From: Candidatus Micrarchaeota archaeon
Lineage (GTDB): Archaea > Micrarchaeota > Micrarchaeia > Micrarchaeales > CABMGC01
Direction: 5' to 3'
DNA length: 62,973 bases
NCBI GenBank assembly: GCA_021804105.1
Contig: JAJZKP010000003.1
Coordinates: 1-62,973 of the forward strand
Part shown: one piece after another, positions 51,288-60,257 of the stretch
Position numbering within the stretch: the stretch's first letter is position 1
How the letters are laid out: each line of letters opens with the position of its first letter
The notes under the pieces: generated by a model
What the model was told of the DNA's origin: nothing
The model's database searches: none
What the model saw: the letters and a program-made list of their open reading frames with translations, nothing else
Made by a program: the position numbers and the translations under genes

Positions 51288-51902
51288 GTGAAAACAATGA
51301 GTCAACAAAGAAGAGAGAAATTTTATACAGTATCGGCACGAGTGGTATTTTCCACAATAGTCGTGGTATTGATACTCGGTCTGCTATTGGGCCTGTCTGC
51401 TGTCATCAACCGTGGTCCCGTACTACCCTTGCTGGGAGTTTTGGGTACAGCTACAACGGCATACACAACACCGACAACTGTAGCTATATACACGCCTACG
51501 ACAACCGCTATGCCAATAATAGTAAGCATTGGATGTTCTGCTAATTCTGGCTTCAAGTGCCAGGGTTCTACATTCAACTACACTACTGGAAACCTGACTG
51601 TTGCACTTAGCCAGGACACAGGGTACAACTGGACAGCAGTAACTGTTAGGTTTGTCACATTTGGTACGGTATACTCCCACGGCGTACCAGAACTCCAGTG
51701 GTCTCCGCCACAGGCAGTAAATGTAACCGGAGGATTGAAGTCGAACGTTACCAAGTACGTGAACATACCTATAACTTCAGGTCCCGTAGCAGTTGGCACA
51801 AACATAACTGGCTCTATCTGGGCGAAATACCAGCTTCAGGTCGGAGAGCAGGTTTCGTATGCAAACATGTCTTCGGCAGTAATAGTGGTCAGGAGTGGTT
51901 GA
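51288..51902 (+). CDS. Membrane-anchored exported protein with Thr-rich linker
   Basis: TM helix, Thr-rich stretch, CSANSGFKC, several N-x-S/T sequons. Confidence 0.7.
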   Translation: MKTMSQQRREKFYTVSARVVFSTIVVVLILGLLLGLSAVINRGPVLPLLGVLGTATTAYTTPTTVAIYTPTTTAMPIIVSIGCSANSGFKCQGSTFNYTTGNLTVALSQDTGYNWTAVTVRFVTFGTVYSHGVPELQWSPPQAVNVTGGLKSNVTKYVNIPITSGPVAVGTNITGSIWAKYQLQVGEQVSYANMSSAVIVVRSG

Positions 51903-51940
51903 TCACGGAGTTGGCTTTGTTATGATAAGAGGTGAACAAT

Positions 51941-52075
51941 ATGGCGAAAAGAAGCAGAGGAGGAAGGATGGAAGCAGCTAAGAAACGCGCTGCGCGATAC
52001 GGGAAGGGCAGAAAGAACAGGCATCCACGCATGGTAAAGAATAGACCTGCCGGAAAGAAGATAATGAGGACATAA
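51941..52075 (+). CDS. Small highly basic protein (44 aa, absent from ORF track)
   Basis: MAKRSRGGRMEAAKKRAARYGKGRKNRHPRMVKNRPAGKKIMRT; GAGGTGA SD. Confidence 0.6.
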   Translation: MAKRSRGGRMEAAKKRAARYGKGRKNRHPRMVKNRPAGKKIMRT

Positions 52076-52134
52076 ATGTCTAAGTGGCTTTGGTTGTGGC
52101 AATGTGATATTGCCGCAACCTCCACATAAGCTCT

Positions 52135-52764
52135 ATGCTATGGCTAGATCCTGGAAATAAAATAAGTGATATGATGTTCAGCATAAGGTTGCGAATAAGG
52201 GAGGAGATGAAGACCGTAATTAGCCCTAGCGAGACCATAACGCTTATCATAAGGCAGAGCCTTTGGCATTCGATTTCCCCGAGTGCGCTGGTCTTGACAG
52301 ATAGGAGAGTAGTGATCATACACCATTCTTTCTGGGGATTTTACACAAAAATCAACCTGATAAGCCCTACTGAAATAAACGTAGTCCAGCATATTAACAT
52401 CAAAAGCGTAGCGCTTGGAAGGGGTCGCCTATTCGGAACAGCTAGACTCAGGCTAATCGGATTCGTTGAGCCTACGCCACAAGTAGATTACGAGTGGGAT
52501 ATGAGCGGGATGTGGATAAAAGACGCGCTGAGAATCATAACTGAGATAGGTAGGTTGATAGAGGAGCGCAGTGTTGCGCAAGACGCATTGATTTCCCCTA
52601 CCAACGCAATGGAGGGATGGGACGAGGACGCAAATACTAAACGATCTGATATTGCATTAAATGAACCACACAAACCTACTACTATGCAAAATACCATAAG
52701 TCATCAGAGAGAAGAAGAAAGAACAGGCTCCGGAAAACATCAATACAAGCTTGGGGAGACCTAA
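52135..52764 (+). CDS. Bacterial-type PH (bPH) domain-like protein
   Basis: IRQS...PSALVLTDRRVVI...GRLFGT. Confidence 0.6.
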   Translation: MLWLDPGNKISDMMFSIRLRIREEMKTVISPSETITLIIRQSLWHSISPSALVLTDRRVVIIHHSFWGFYTKINLISPTEINVVQHINIKSVALGRGRLFGTARLRLIGFVEPTPQVDYEWDMSGMWIKDALRIITEIGRLIEERSVAQDALISPTNAMEGWDEDANTKRSDIALNEPHKPTTMQNTISHQREEERTGSGKHQYKLGET

Positions 52765-52907
52765 CTTAAATGTCCCGTTGGAGCCTCTCCGATAGTGTTT
52801 CTTGGAAGTGCAGTATCATAAACCCTCTTTTCGTTGGCTTACAGCTATCGGTATAGATCTTAGTGAAGACTCCCAACAACTAAGGAAATTGTTGGAGGAA
52901 CCACAAC

Positions 52908-53021
52908 CTACAGAAAAGGAAGGGCTAGGCACTTTACATTATCAATCTGAACTAAATCCTTCTTCACGTTTCCCGATATCCACCACTCGTTGAGCAGTTT
53001 TAATGCTTCTCCTATTTCATC
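52908..53021 (-). pseudogene. Possible internally deleted AAA+ ATPase (DUF4143-type) remnant
   Basis: DEIGEALKLLNEWWISGNVKKDL resembles the N-terminus and NVKCLALPFL* the C-terminus of this family; no start codon. Confidence 0.4.
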
Positions 53022-53028
53022 TTAGTAT

Positions 53029-53189
53029 CCCTCGGACAGAGGGGAAGTCACGCTCAGGGAGAGAATGCAAGATCTCAAAGTGAGGCAGTTCCCGAAGAAC
53101 TGAGAACCGATAAAACACATCCTTTGCGGGATGCAGTGATTGCATGAATGCAAGGGAGCCCACCCAGTTTACGGGTGGGAGGATGTTAA
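53029..53189 (+). ncRNA. Orphan IS200/IS605 TnpB omegaRNA scaffold and right end
   Basis: Serial hairpins; terminal GGAGC-CCCACCC-type stem followed by AGGATGTTAA; reads as the TnpB-tail-like peptide LGQRGSHAQGE...EELRTDKTHPLRDAVIA*. Confidence 0.7.
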
Positions 53190-53234
53190 ATAATCTTTAC
53201 GCCAAAGACTCTTTGTTGGCAGAGGGCGATATAC

Positions 53235-54305
53235 ATGAAGGCTATTACTGTAATCCCGGGAAAGCCAGGGGCGTCACTCTCGGATATGCCTGACGTGCAG
53301 GCTGTTGGACTTGTCCGAGTCAGGACCTTGCATACAGGCATATGCGGCACAGACAGAGAGATAGTCGCTGGCAGGCTGAGCATAGCCAGACCCGGGAATG
53401 GCAACACCCTTATACTCGGACACGAAGCAGTAGGCATGGTCGAGGATGCTCCAGCATCGTCAGGATTCTCAAGAGGCAATGTAGTAGTGCCGATGGTCCG
53501 CAGGCCTGGCGGCTGCGTGAACTGCAGGAACGGCAGGCAGGATTACTGCATCGATGGCGATTTCGTCGAAGCAGGGATACGTGGCAAGGACGGTTTCATG
53601 CGGGATTATTTCTACGAGAAGCCTGAATTCCTGGTGAAGGTTGGCAACCCTGCAAATGCACGTACCTGCGTGCTGGCTGAGCCCACAAAGAATATAATGA
53701 AGATACTAGAAGCTGTAACGCTATCAGCGAAAAGGGCAATGTGGGATATTTCAGGCGGAGTAAAGGGCAAAGGAACCTGGATCTTCGGCACAGGTGCGGA
53801 AGGGCTCTTGTCGGCTGCAGTACTAGCAGATGCCGGAGCTTCAGTTACAATAGTGAATAGGAGAGACCTGACCCAGGCGGAGAAAGGCATAGCCGGCAGG
53901 ATAGGCGCAAGGTTCTTCAATTCCTCTAGCGGCGAGTGGGATGCTGCCCTTGAGGCGAACAAGATGGATATGGTCATAGACGCTGTCGGCGTGCCGGACA
54001 TATTCACAGAAGTAATACCAAGGCTTGAGAGGAACGGCATAATCGTGCTCTTCGGCACTGGCGGACAGGGGGAAGTAGCTCTGTTTGACGGTGGGAAGAT
54101 AATAAAACTGGTAGACAAGAACGCCACGGTAATAGGATGCGAGGATGGCGCGAGGAGCCATTATGAGAGCGCGGTGGCATTCATAGAGAAAAACCGCGAG
54201 AGATACGGGCTTGACAGTATAATAACGGGCCACAGCAGCAACCAGGATCTGGAAGTGCTCGGGAAGAAGGACGCTGGAGAGATAAAGAGCATTATTGACT
54301 GGTGA
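53235..54305 (+). CDS. Zn-dependent glucose 1-dehydrogenase (archaeal MDR type)
   Basis: GICGTDREI, LGHEA, VPMVRRPGGCVNC..GRQDYC, EAGIRGKDGFM. Confidence 0.88.
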   Translation: MKAITVIPGKPGASLSDMPDVQAVGLVRVRTLHTGICGTDREIVAGRLSIARPGNGNTLILGHEAVGMVEDAPASSGFSRGNVVVPMVRRPGGCVNCRNGRQDYCIDGDFVEAGIRGKDGFMRDYFYEKPEFLVKVGNPANARTCVLAEPTKNIMKILEAVTLSAKRAMWDISGGVKGKGTWIFGTGAEGLLSAAVLADAGASVTIVNRRDLTQAEKGIAGRIGARFFNSSSGEWDAALEANKMDMVIDAVGVPDIFTEVIPRLERNGIIVLFGTGGQGEVALFDGGKIIKLVDKNATVIGCEDGARSHYESAVAFIEKNRERYGLDSIITGHSSNQDLEVLGKKDAGEIKSIIDW

Positions 54306-54373
54306 CTGGTATGGACGCAAGTATAGGACATACTATATTTTATATCTGACATGTTATATAATAATTGATTTAC

Positions 54374-54985
54374 ATGGAAGAAACGTTGAAAGTAAAGATA
54401 ATATTGGGAAGCATCAGACAGGGAAGGTTTGGCGAAAGGCCTGCAAGATGGCTTGTCGAGGGACTGAAAGAGTGGAAGGAGATTGATGCGGAGCTGCTTG
54501 ACCTGAAGGACTATCCGATGCCATTCTTCGACTCACCGGTATCGCCGGCTATGCTGGGCAGGAAATATCCGAATGAGGTGGTGCAGAAGTGGGCCGACAA
54601 GCTCGACGAGGCTGACGCGTTCATACTGATCTCCCCGGAGTACAACCACAGCTTTTCCGCAGTGCTTAAGAATGCAATTGACTGGACCAACCCGGAGTGG
54701 CTCAGGAAGCCTGTAGGCTTCGTGAGCTATGGCAGCACAGGCGGGGCGAGGGCAGTGGAGCATTTGAGAGGAGTTGCAATAGAGCTAAAGTCAGTTCCGA
54801 TAAATAGGTCAATACACATAAGCTGGGATTTCATAATGAAGGCCATGAAGAATCCAGGGGTGCAGAATGCCGAGCTCTTCGCTCCGCTGAGGGACGGGTC
54901 GCAAGGGCAGGATAACCTTGCAGTATTCGTGAATGACCTGCTCTGGATGGCCAAGGCGCTGAAAGTGGCGCGTACAGGCAAATAG
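54374..54985 (+). CDS. NADPH-dependent FMN reductase
   Basis: ILGSIRQGR, SPEYNHS, LKNAID, VSYG..GGARA. Confidence 0.92.
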   Translation: MEETLKVKIILGSIRQGRFGERPARWLVEGLKEWKEIDAELLDLKDYPMPFFDSPVSPAMLGRKYPNEVVQKWADKLDEADAFILISPEYNHSFSAVLKNAIDWTNPEWLRKPVGFVSYGSTGGARAVEHLRGVAIELKSVPINRSIHISWDFIMKAMKNPGVQNAELFAPLRDGSQGQDNLAVFVNDLLWMAKALKVARTGK

Positions 54986-55053
54986 AGCCTGTGAAGATCC
55001 AGGATTGTTGACACGCTTATAAACATTACAGGAGAAATAGGGTCAGTGATAAG

Positions 55054-55662
55054 ATGAAACCTGCGGCAATGGTTGGGGCAGTAATAGTAGTTGTAATAAT
55101 AGGGATAGCAGCATACGCACTATCTCGCTCTAGTAGCAGCGTTCAGTCAACAATACCTGCGACATCAGCAGTTAGCACTGCTGGATACTCGACTGCTCCA
55201 GTGACTACATCAGCGAACCACACATCTACGGCAAACTCCACCAGCGTAGCAACTACGGTCAATGCCACCCATCAGTCGAGCAAGCACGCGTATAACTTCT
55301 CCGCAGGTTACAATGCAACATATGGATACTACCTTGCAAACGCCTCCGGATACACGGTTTACCTGTTCACGGCAGACAAGCAGAACGGGACCACAAGCGC
55401 ATGCACAGGAACATGCACAACCTTCTGGCCTCCGGTACTGGTCTCTGCCAACTACACGCTTGCCGTTCCATCAGAAGCGAACATAACGAGATTCTCTACA
55501 ATAACCCTGGGAGATGGCAGCAAGCAGCTTACATATGATGGCTGGCCCCTTTACTATTATGCGGGGGACAAGAGCTCAGGGGCAATAACTGGCGAGGGAA
55601 TAAGCGCATTTGGCGGAACATGGTATCTGGTTACTCTGCCAAAGGCGAAGGTTCCCGCGTAA
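55054..55662 (+). CDS. Exported Lipoprotein_15/COG4315-type repeat protein with Ser/Thr linker
   Basis: GYTVYLFTAD, CTGTCTTFWPP, QLTYDGWPLYYYAGD. Confidence 0.85.
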   Translation: MKPAAMVGAVIVVVIIGIAAYALSRSSSSVQSTIPATSAVSTAGYSTAPVTTSANHTSTANSTSVATTVNATHQSSKHAYNFSAGYNATYGYYLANASGYTVYLFTADKQNGTTSACTGTCTTFWPPVLVSANYTLAVPSEANITRFSTITLGDGSKQLTYDGWPLYYYAGDKSSGAITGEGISAFGGTWYLVTLPKAKVPA

Positions 55663-55677
55663 ACACAGGGTAAGCCA

Positions 55678-56058
55678 TTGAACAGAGCCAATGCAAGGCA
55701 CTTGCTGACTAGGATAAGCCTGTCTTTCGTATTCATAGGCATAGGGATATGGGAGATAGTGCAGCCCTCTTACTGGGGCATGTACGTGCCTCCATTCGTC
55801 TCGTCAATCATAGCCACGAACACATTCGTAGTAATCCACGGAATCGCGCTGGTGGTAATAGGCACGGCCGTGCTTCTTGGAATTTATTTAAGGGTAGCTT
55901 CGGCACTTGCGGTACTGGTAATGCTCACCATCGTAGTGTCGCTGACCTTCTACTTCGGTTTCAACGACATAGTGATTAGGGACATAGCCATACTGCTGAT
56001 CGCAGCGGCTCTCTTCTTTGACGATACAGATTATCTTAGGATAAGGATTGACAGGTGA
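55678..56058 (+). CDS. DoxX family membrane protein
   Basis: RISLSFVFIGIG, LLGIYLRVAS, IRDIAIL. Confidence 0.75.
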   Translation: MNRANARHLLTRISLSFVFIGIGIWEIVQPSYWGMYVPPFVSSIIATNTFVVIHGIALVVIGTAVLLGIYLRVASALAVLVMLTIVVSLTFYFGFNDIVIRDIAILLIAAALFFDDTDYLRIRIDR

Positions 56059-56060
56059 CC

Positions 56061-56828
56061 CTACTCTTTCTGAACAGAGAGGTCCTGGTCGCGGTCTAGG
56101 GTCTTCGTCAGGACTTCCGCAGCCATGGTAACCGGATTGATTATGCTGTTTACCTCCAAATCGGCAAGATGCGACTCCGCCTCGGCATTATGCGCTATGA
56201 CGGATAATTTCACGTCCTTGGCGATCTTCCTCACGACAAGCACCACATACACCGTCTTGGAGCTGTCACGCAGGTCTATGACTATATCAGTAGCCTTGTT
56301 AAGGTTGTACTTCTCCAGTTCCGTCCTTGAAGTGTAGTCTTCCACAAATGCAAGGTAGCCTTTCTTCCTCAGTGCATCTGCTGTTGGCTTGTCCCCGGTT
56401 ATTATCACGAAGTTCCTCTTCTGTGACTTCAACTTATGTGCTATGATCTCGTTTGCAGAATCGTATCCGATAAGCACTATATGATTCTTCATTTTCTTTC
56501 TGTCGGAGCTGTTTATGCCGGAGTACAGCTTCTCCACCCTTGCGCTCAAGAATTCACCAGAGAGTACCGTTATGGCACTCAGGAATATACTTAACCCGGA
56601 GATTATTAAAATTATTACGAAATCCCGCGCTATGCCGGTAATCGGCGTTATGTCCCCATAGCCCACGGTTGAGATGGTGACTACTGTGAAGTAAAGCGCC
56701 TGGTTCAGCGATGTAATCTTTACATTGAAGTTGTTTGCCTGGCCTAGAAAATATGTTCCGAGGGTGCCATATGCAAGCACCGCTGCTATAGCAAGCACAT
56801 AGAATACTACCCGTTGGTCTATCTCCAT
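56061..56828 (-). CDS. Potassium channel with RCK domain
   Basis: TVGYGD selectivity filter; NHIVLIGY RCK start. Confidence 0.93.
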   Translation of the reverse strand: MEIDQRVVFYVLAIAAVLAYGTLGTYFLGQANNFNVKITSLNQALYFTVVTISTVGYGDITPITGIARDFVIILIISGLSIFLSAITVLSGEFLSARVEKLYSGINSSDRKKMKNHIVLIGYDSANEIIAHKLKSQKRNFVIITGDKPTADALRKKGYLAFVEDYTSRTELEKYNLNKATDIVIDLRDSSKTVYVVLVVRKIAKDVKLSVIAHNAEAESHLADLEVNSIINPVTMAAEVLTKTLDRDQDLSVQKE

Positions 56829-56853
56829 GCACTATCCATTTGTATGGCAAGGT

Positions 56854-56972
56854 TTATGACTTCAGCGTAAGTTTGAAGAAAGCCTTGGCCCGTTTCCAAG
56901 AGTCTTTAGCCGCAGCCTTGTTGTAGAGGTGTTTGTTGGTGTTGTTGAAGAACGCATGCGCAGCGCCATTAT
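56854..56972 (-). pseudogene. C-terminal stump of a dienelactone hydrolase family gene
   Basis: NGAAHAFFNNTNKHLYNKAAAKDSWKRAKAFFKLTLKS*. Confidence 0.7.
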
Positions 56973-57276
56973 GGCCAATGCGCAGCAGGGGCAGTACGGC
57001 AGCGTGTCAGGGCTCAGCAGGCTCATGCAGAACATAGGTACGCTCTCAAGCTACGTGATAATACTCACTGTTGCATCGCTCTCGGTGTCCAGGCAGATGG
57101 CATTCGAGATCTTCCTGGGCACGTCCAGGCTTATAGGTGGCATCTCAGCGGAATTTATCAAAGGCATAGACGCTGCGCTAGTGCTTTCCATAATAGTGCT
57201 TTTTATAGCCGCTGTACTCTCATATTCAAGAGGCAGGGAGAATCGCAGCGCAGGGCACAGCGAGCCAGCCAAATGA
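56962..57276 (+). pseudogene. C-terminal stump of a DHA2 MFS transporter
   Basis: SAIMANA...SGLSRL...AFEIFLGTS...ISAEFIKG...RGRENR parallels the C-terminus of the MFS at 41509-42969. Confidence 0.8.
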
Positions 57277-57287
57277 GGGCGAAGTAA

Positions 57288-57845
57288 ATGCGGAGATGCG
57301 AATGGTCGGGCCAGGATCCTATCTATATAAGGTATCACGATACTGAGTGGGGAGTCCCTGTGCATGATGACAGGAAGATATTCGAGTTCATGGTGCTTGA
57401 AGGAGCGCAGGCGGGCCTGAGCTGGTTCACCATACTCAAGAGACGCAAAGGCTATAGAAGGGCGTTCGCGGGCTTTGCGCCGGAAAAGGTGGCGGAATTC
57501 GGGGAGAAGAAGGTAAAGGAGCTGCTCGGCGACCCTGGGATAATAAGGAACAGGCTGAAGGTATTGTCTGCAATAAACAATGCAAGAAGGTTCCTTGAGG
57601 TGCAGCATGAGTTCGGGAGCTTTGACTCGTATGTGTGGGGATTCGTGGGAGGCAAGCCAAAGAGAAACAGATGGACGGACCTGAAGCAGCTGCCTTCAAG
57701 GACCCGGGAATCTGACGCGATGAGCAAGGACCTCATAAAACGCGGGTTCACTTTTGTCGGGAGCACCATATGCTACGCACACATGCAGGCGACAGGAATG
57801 GTCAATGACCACATGTATTACTGCTTCAGGTACAGGCAGCTCTGA
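57288..57845 (+). CDS. tag: DNA-3-methyladenine glycosylase I
   Basis: RCEW, YHDTEWG, LEGAQAGLSW, IIRNRLK, MQATGMVNDH...C. Confidence 0.95.
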   Translation: MRRCEWSGQDPIYIRYHDTEWGVPVHDDRKIFEFMVLEGAQAGLSWFTILKRRKGYRRAFAGFAPEKVAEFGEKKVKELLGDPGIIRNRLKVLSAINNARRFLEVQHEFGSFDSYVWGFVGGKPKRNRWTDLKQLPSRTRESDAMSKDLIKRGFTFVGSTICYAHMQATGMVNDHMYYCFRYRQL

Positions 57846-57892
57846 CTGGAACTTATATTAACCTGTCATATGTAATCTCTCTGGTTGCAAGC

Positions 57893-59050
57893 ATGCAGCA
57901 ATCACTTCTTGTATATTCGCTGGCAATAGCTTTCGCAATAGTGGTGGCGATCACCGTTGTGTTATATACAACCTCAATACCACACAGCACAACCTCCACA
58001 AGCACGATGCCGGTGAGCACTCTGGGAGTAGTTAACGTTACCGGGACATCGTCCATAACTACCACTGTGGCAAGCGTCTCGTCTGTTGTCACTACAGCAT
58101 CGCAGTCAACAGCAACTACCACGTTGCCAAGGAGCAATGGAACCATGGAGGAATGGCAGGCAGCATCCTCTTACCCACTGCCCATCTATAACGAGACCTG
58201 TGTGGCGTGGTCAGCATACATATATTGCATTGGTGGAATGACCTCGCCCCAGTTCATGACTAACAAGGTATACTTCGCCCCCGTCTCATCCAGTGGGATA
58301 GGTACATGGAAGGAGACAACACCGTACATTTACAATATAAGCGACCCGTCATGCGCCATGAACGGCAATACAGTCTACTGCACAGGAGGGATGGGATACC
58401 TCCAAGCGGTAGGCAATGCCACATACCTGCCCTACGTATATTATGCAAACCTTACCCCTGAGGGAATCACCGCTTGGAAATTCGCAGTGCCATACCCGGA
58501 TCCTGTGGCTGGTACATCGTGCGTAATGCTCAGCGGCAAGCTCTATTGCGTGGGAGGATTCAATTCAACGGCAAGGTCGTCAGAAGTAAACTATGCTTCT
58601 GTAGGCAATGGCACATATCAATTCTGGCTTAATACGGTGAACTATCCTGTGCAGACGTCATTTACCAGCTGCGTCGGTGAGAATAACACCGCATACTGCA
58701 CGGCCGGGACAGGTAGCCAGAACGACTATTACGCCTCGATAGCACAATCGTATGGCGGGCTTGGCAACTGGACTTACTCAGGGACTTATCCTGTGCATGC
58801 TTTTGATCCGAGCTGTTCCTTGTCCAATGGCGTGGACTATTGTGTTGGAGGATATTCAGGGAGCTATGCCCCCATAAGCAATATGTACTATTCGAAGCTC
58901 TCTCCAACAGGGTTCTCAGGCTGGAAACAAGGACCAGCGTATCCCTCGCCGGGGCTTTACCAAGGTAGCTGTGCGGCATCAGGGGCGTACATATACTGCA
59001 TAGGAGGCCGCAACCAGTTCGGTGGCACTTATTTCGCGCAGCTGGCATAA
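57893..59050 (+). CDS. Membrane-anchored Kelch-like beta-propeller surface protein
   Basis: TM anchor, Thr/Ser linker, six W..YP...SC...YC.GG repeats. Confidence 0.82.
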   Translation: MQQSLLVYSLAIAFAIVVAITVVLYTTSIPHSTTSTSTMPVSTLGVVNVTGTSSITTTVASVSSVVTTASQSTATTTLPRSNGTMEEWQAASSYPLPIYNETCVAWSAYIYCIGGMTSPQFMTNKVYFAPVSSSGIGTWKETTPYIYNISDPSCAMNGNTVYCTGGMGYLQAVGNATYLPYVYYANLTPEGITAWKFAVPYPDPVAGTSCVMLSGKLYCVGGFNSTARSSEVNYASVGNGTYQFWLNTVNYPVQTSFTSCVGENNTAYCTAGTGSQNDYYASIAQSYGGLGNWTYSGTYPVHAFDPSCSLSNGVDYCVGGYSGSYAPISNMYYSKLSPTGFSGWKQGPAYPSPGLYQGSCAASGAYIYCIGGRNQFGGTYFAQLA

Positions 59051-59058
59051 GATATTGG

Positions 59059-60132
59059 TCAGTTTTGCACATGGGCTTGCTCTTCCCTTGCATCTCCGAT
59101 GTCTGCGAGCCATTTTATGGTGTTGAACTCCTTCTTGACATCTATGCTCCTGAGAGGAAGGTCTCCGAGAAGCATGCCGGTAACTTCGCCGTACATGGCC
59201 CTTACCCTGTGCCTCTTGAAGTGCTCCTTGTAATACTGGATCTGGCGCTTGTAAGCGACATCGTAATTGTCGAAGACGCCCATAAGGAAGTAATCATAGC
59301 TGCCGACCAGCTGCGAGACTATGGGGAACCTGCATATGACTGGCTCGGGATCGTCGCTCTGCAGCACTTCCCTTCGCATTCTCGCCCCGTCAATCTCGAA
59401 GTTCTCTGCGAGCGTGTACTTGCCGAACATTGACATTATGGAAATATCTCGCCGTGGCTGCATGACCAGGGTGAATCTCCTTATGTATCCTAGCTCTACC
59501 AACTTCTTGAAATTGTAGGCAACGGTGTTGAAGTGCATGTCCAGCTTCTCGGATATCTGCTTGAATGACATCCTCGCATTGGTATTGAGGAGCTTTAGCA
59601 TCTCCTTGTATTTCTGCGGTATCGAGATCCTGTCTATGAGTGCATTCCTGGATGGAAAGAAACCGAGCTGCCTGTGCGCTACGTCGGAAGCCTGCCAGAG
59701 CACCCCGTACTTGGAGAGCGCTATCTGCATGGTCTTGTCCCAGTGCACATATTCCTGGCTGCTAGTTGCATTTGCATATATTACCATGTCGTACTTGCCG
59801 CGCACTGTCATGGCCACCTGGGGTATGTAAGATTTCTCAAGGAGCTTTTGGACCTCGCCGTAATCCGGCTTGTTCACGAACTTGAGCATTATTATGTGCG
59901 GCGAGTTGAGGCCCAGCATGCCCTCATTGAGCTCTATCGTGTACCTTATGCCAAGCTCTTCCTCTGCTTTCTTTATCCTCTCCTTTATGGTCCTTCTTGA
60001 AACGCCGATCTTCTTTGACAATTCCAGTATGGAAACCCTTGAGTCCTCGGAGAGGGCACGGAGGATCCGTCGCGTAAGTGGGCTCTGCCTCTCGTTAAAC
60101 TCGCTCCGGAAGGCGTGCGGGTTGTGCTCCAT
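59059..60132 (-). CDS. Tandem-duplicated Lrp/AsnC family regulator
   Basis: Two HTH+RAM units (DSRVSILELSKKIG...GKYD; NARMSFKQISEKL...GSYD). Confidence 0.85.
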   Translation of the reverse strand: MEHNPHAFRSEFNERQSPLTRRILRALSEDSRVSILELSKKIGVSRRTIKERIKKAEEELGIRYTIELNEGMLGLNSPHIIMLKFVNKPDYGEVQKLLEKSYIPQVAMTVRGKYDMVIYANATSSQEYVHWDKTMQIALSKYGVLWQASDVAHRQLGFFPSRNALIDRISIPQKYKEMLKLLNTNARMSFKQISEKLDMHFNTVAYNFKKLVELGYIRRFTLVMQPRRDISIMSMFGKYTLAENFEIDGARMRREVLQSDDPEPVICRFPIVSQLVGSYDYFLMGVFDNYDVAYKRQIQYYKEHFKRHRVRAMYGEVTGMLLGDLPLRSIDVKKEFNTIKWLADIGDAREEQAHVQN

Positions 60133-60183
60133 GCTCTCATATAAAACAAAAAGGCATTTAAAGTTTCCTAAATCTGCTACTTT

Positions 60184-60204
60184 ACATAATAACAAACATT
60201 ATGT
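60184..60204. promoter_or_regulatory. Inverted repeat between divergent Lrp and EamA genes
   Basis: ACATAAT-AACAAAC-ATTATGT. Confidence 0.45.
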
Positions 60205-60257
60205 CTTAAATTGCCAATTTATATAAAGTATATAAGACTTAAGAACGGACTAATCTT

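Noticed and set aside
52802-52993. 63-aa plus-strand ORF
   Set aside because: No motif; the opposite strand better fits an ATPase remnant.
53035-53060. RNase P RNA (GAGGGGAAGTC resembles the P4 5' strand)
   Set aside because: No matching 3' P4 strand; the IS200/IS605 right-end pattern explains the region better.
56929-56961. GTG start giving an intact 115-aa protein
   Set aside because: These codons are the antisense of the hydrolase stump; the product is a truncated MFS.
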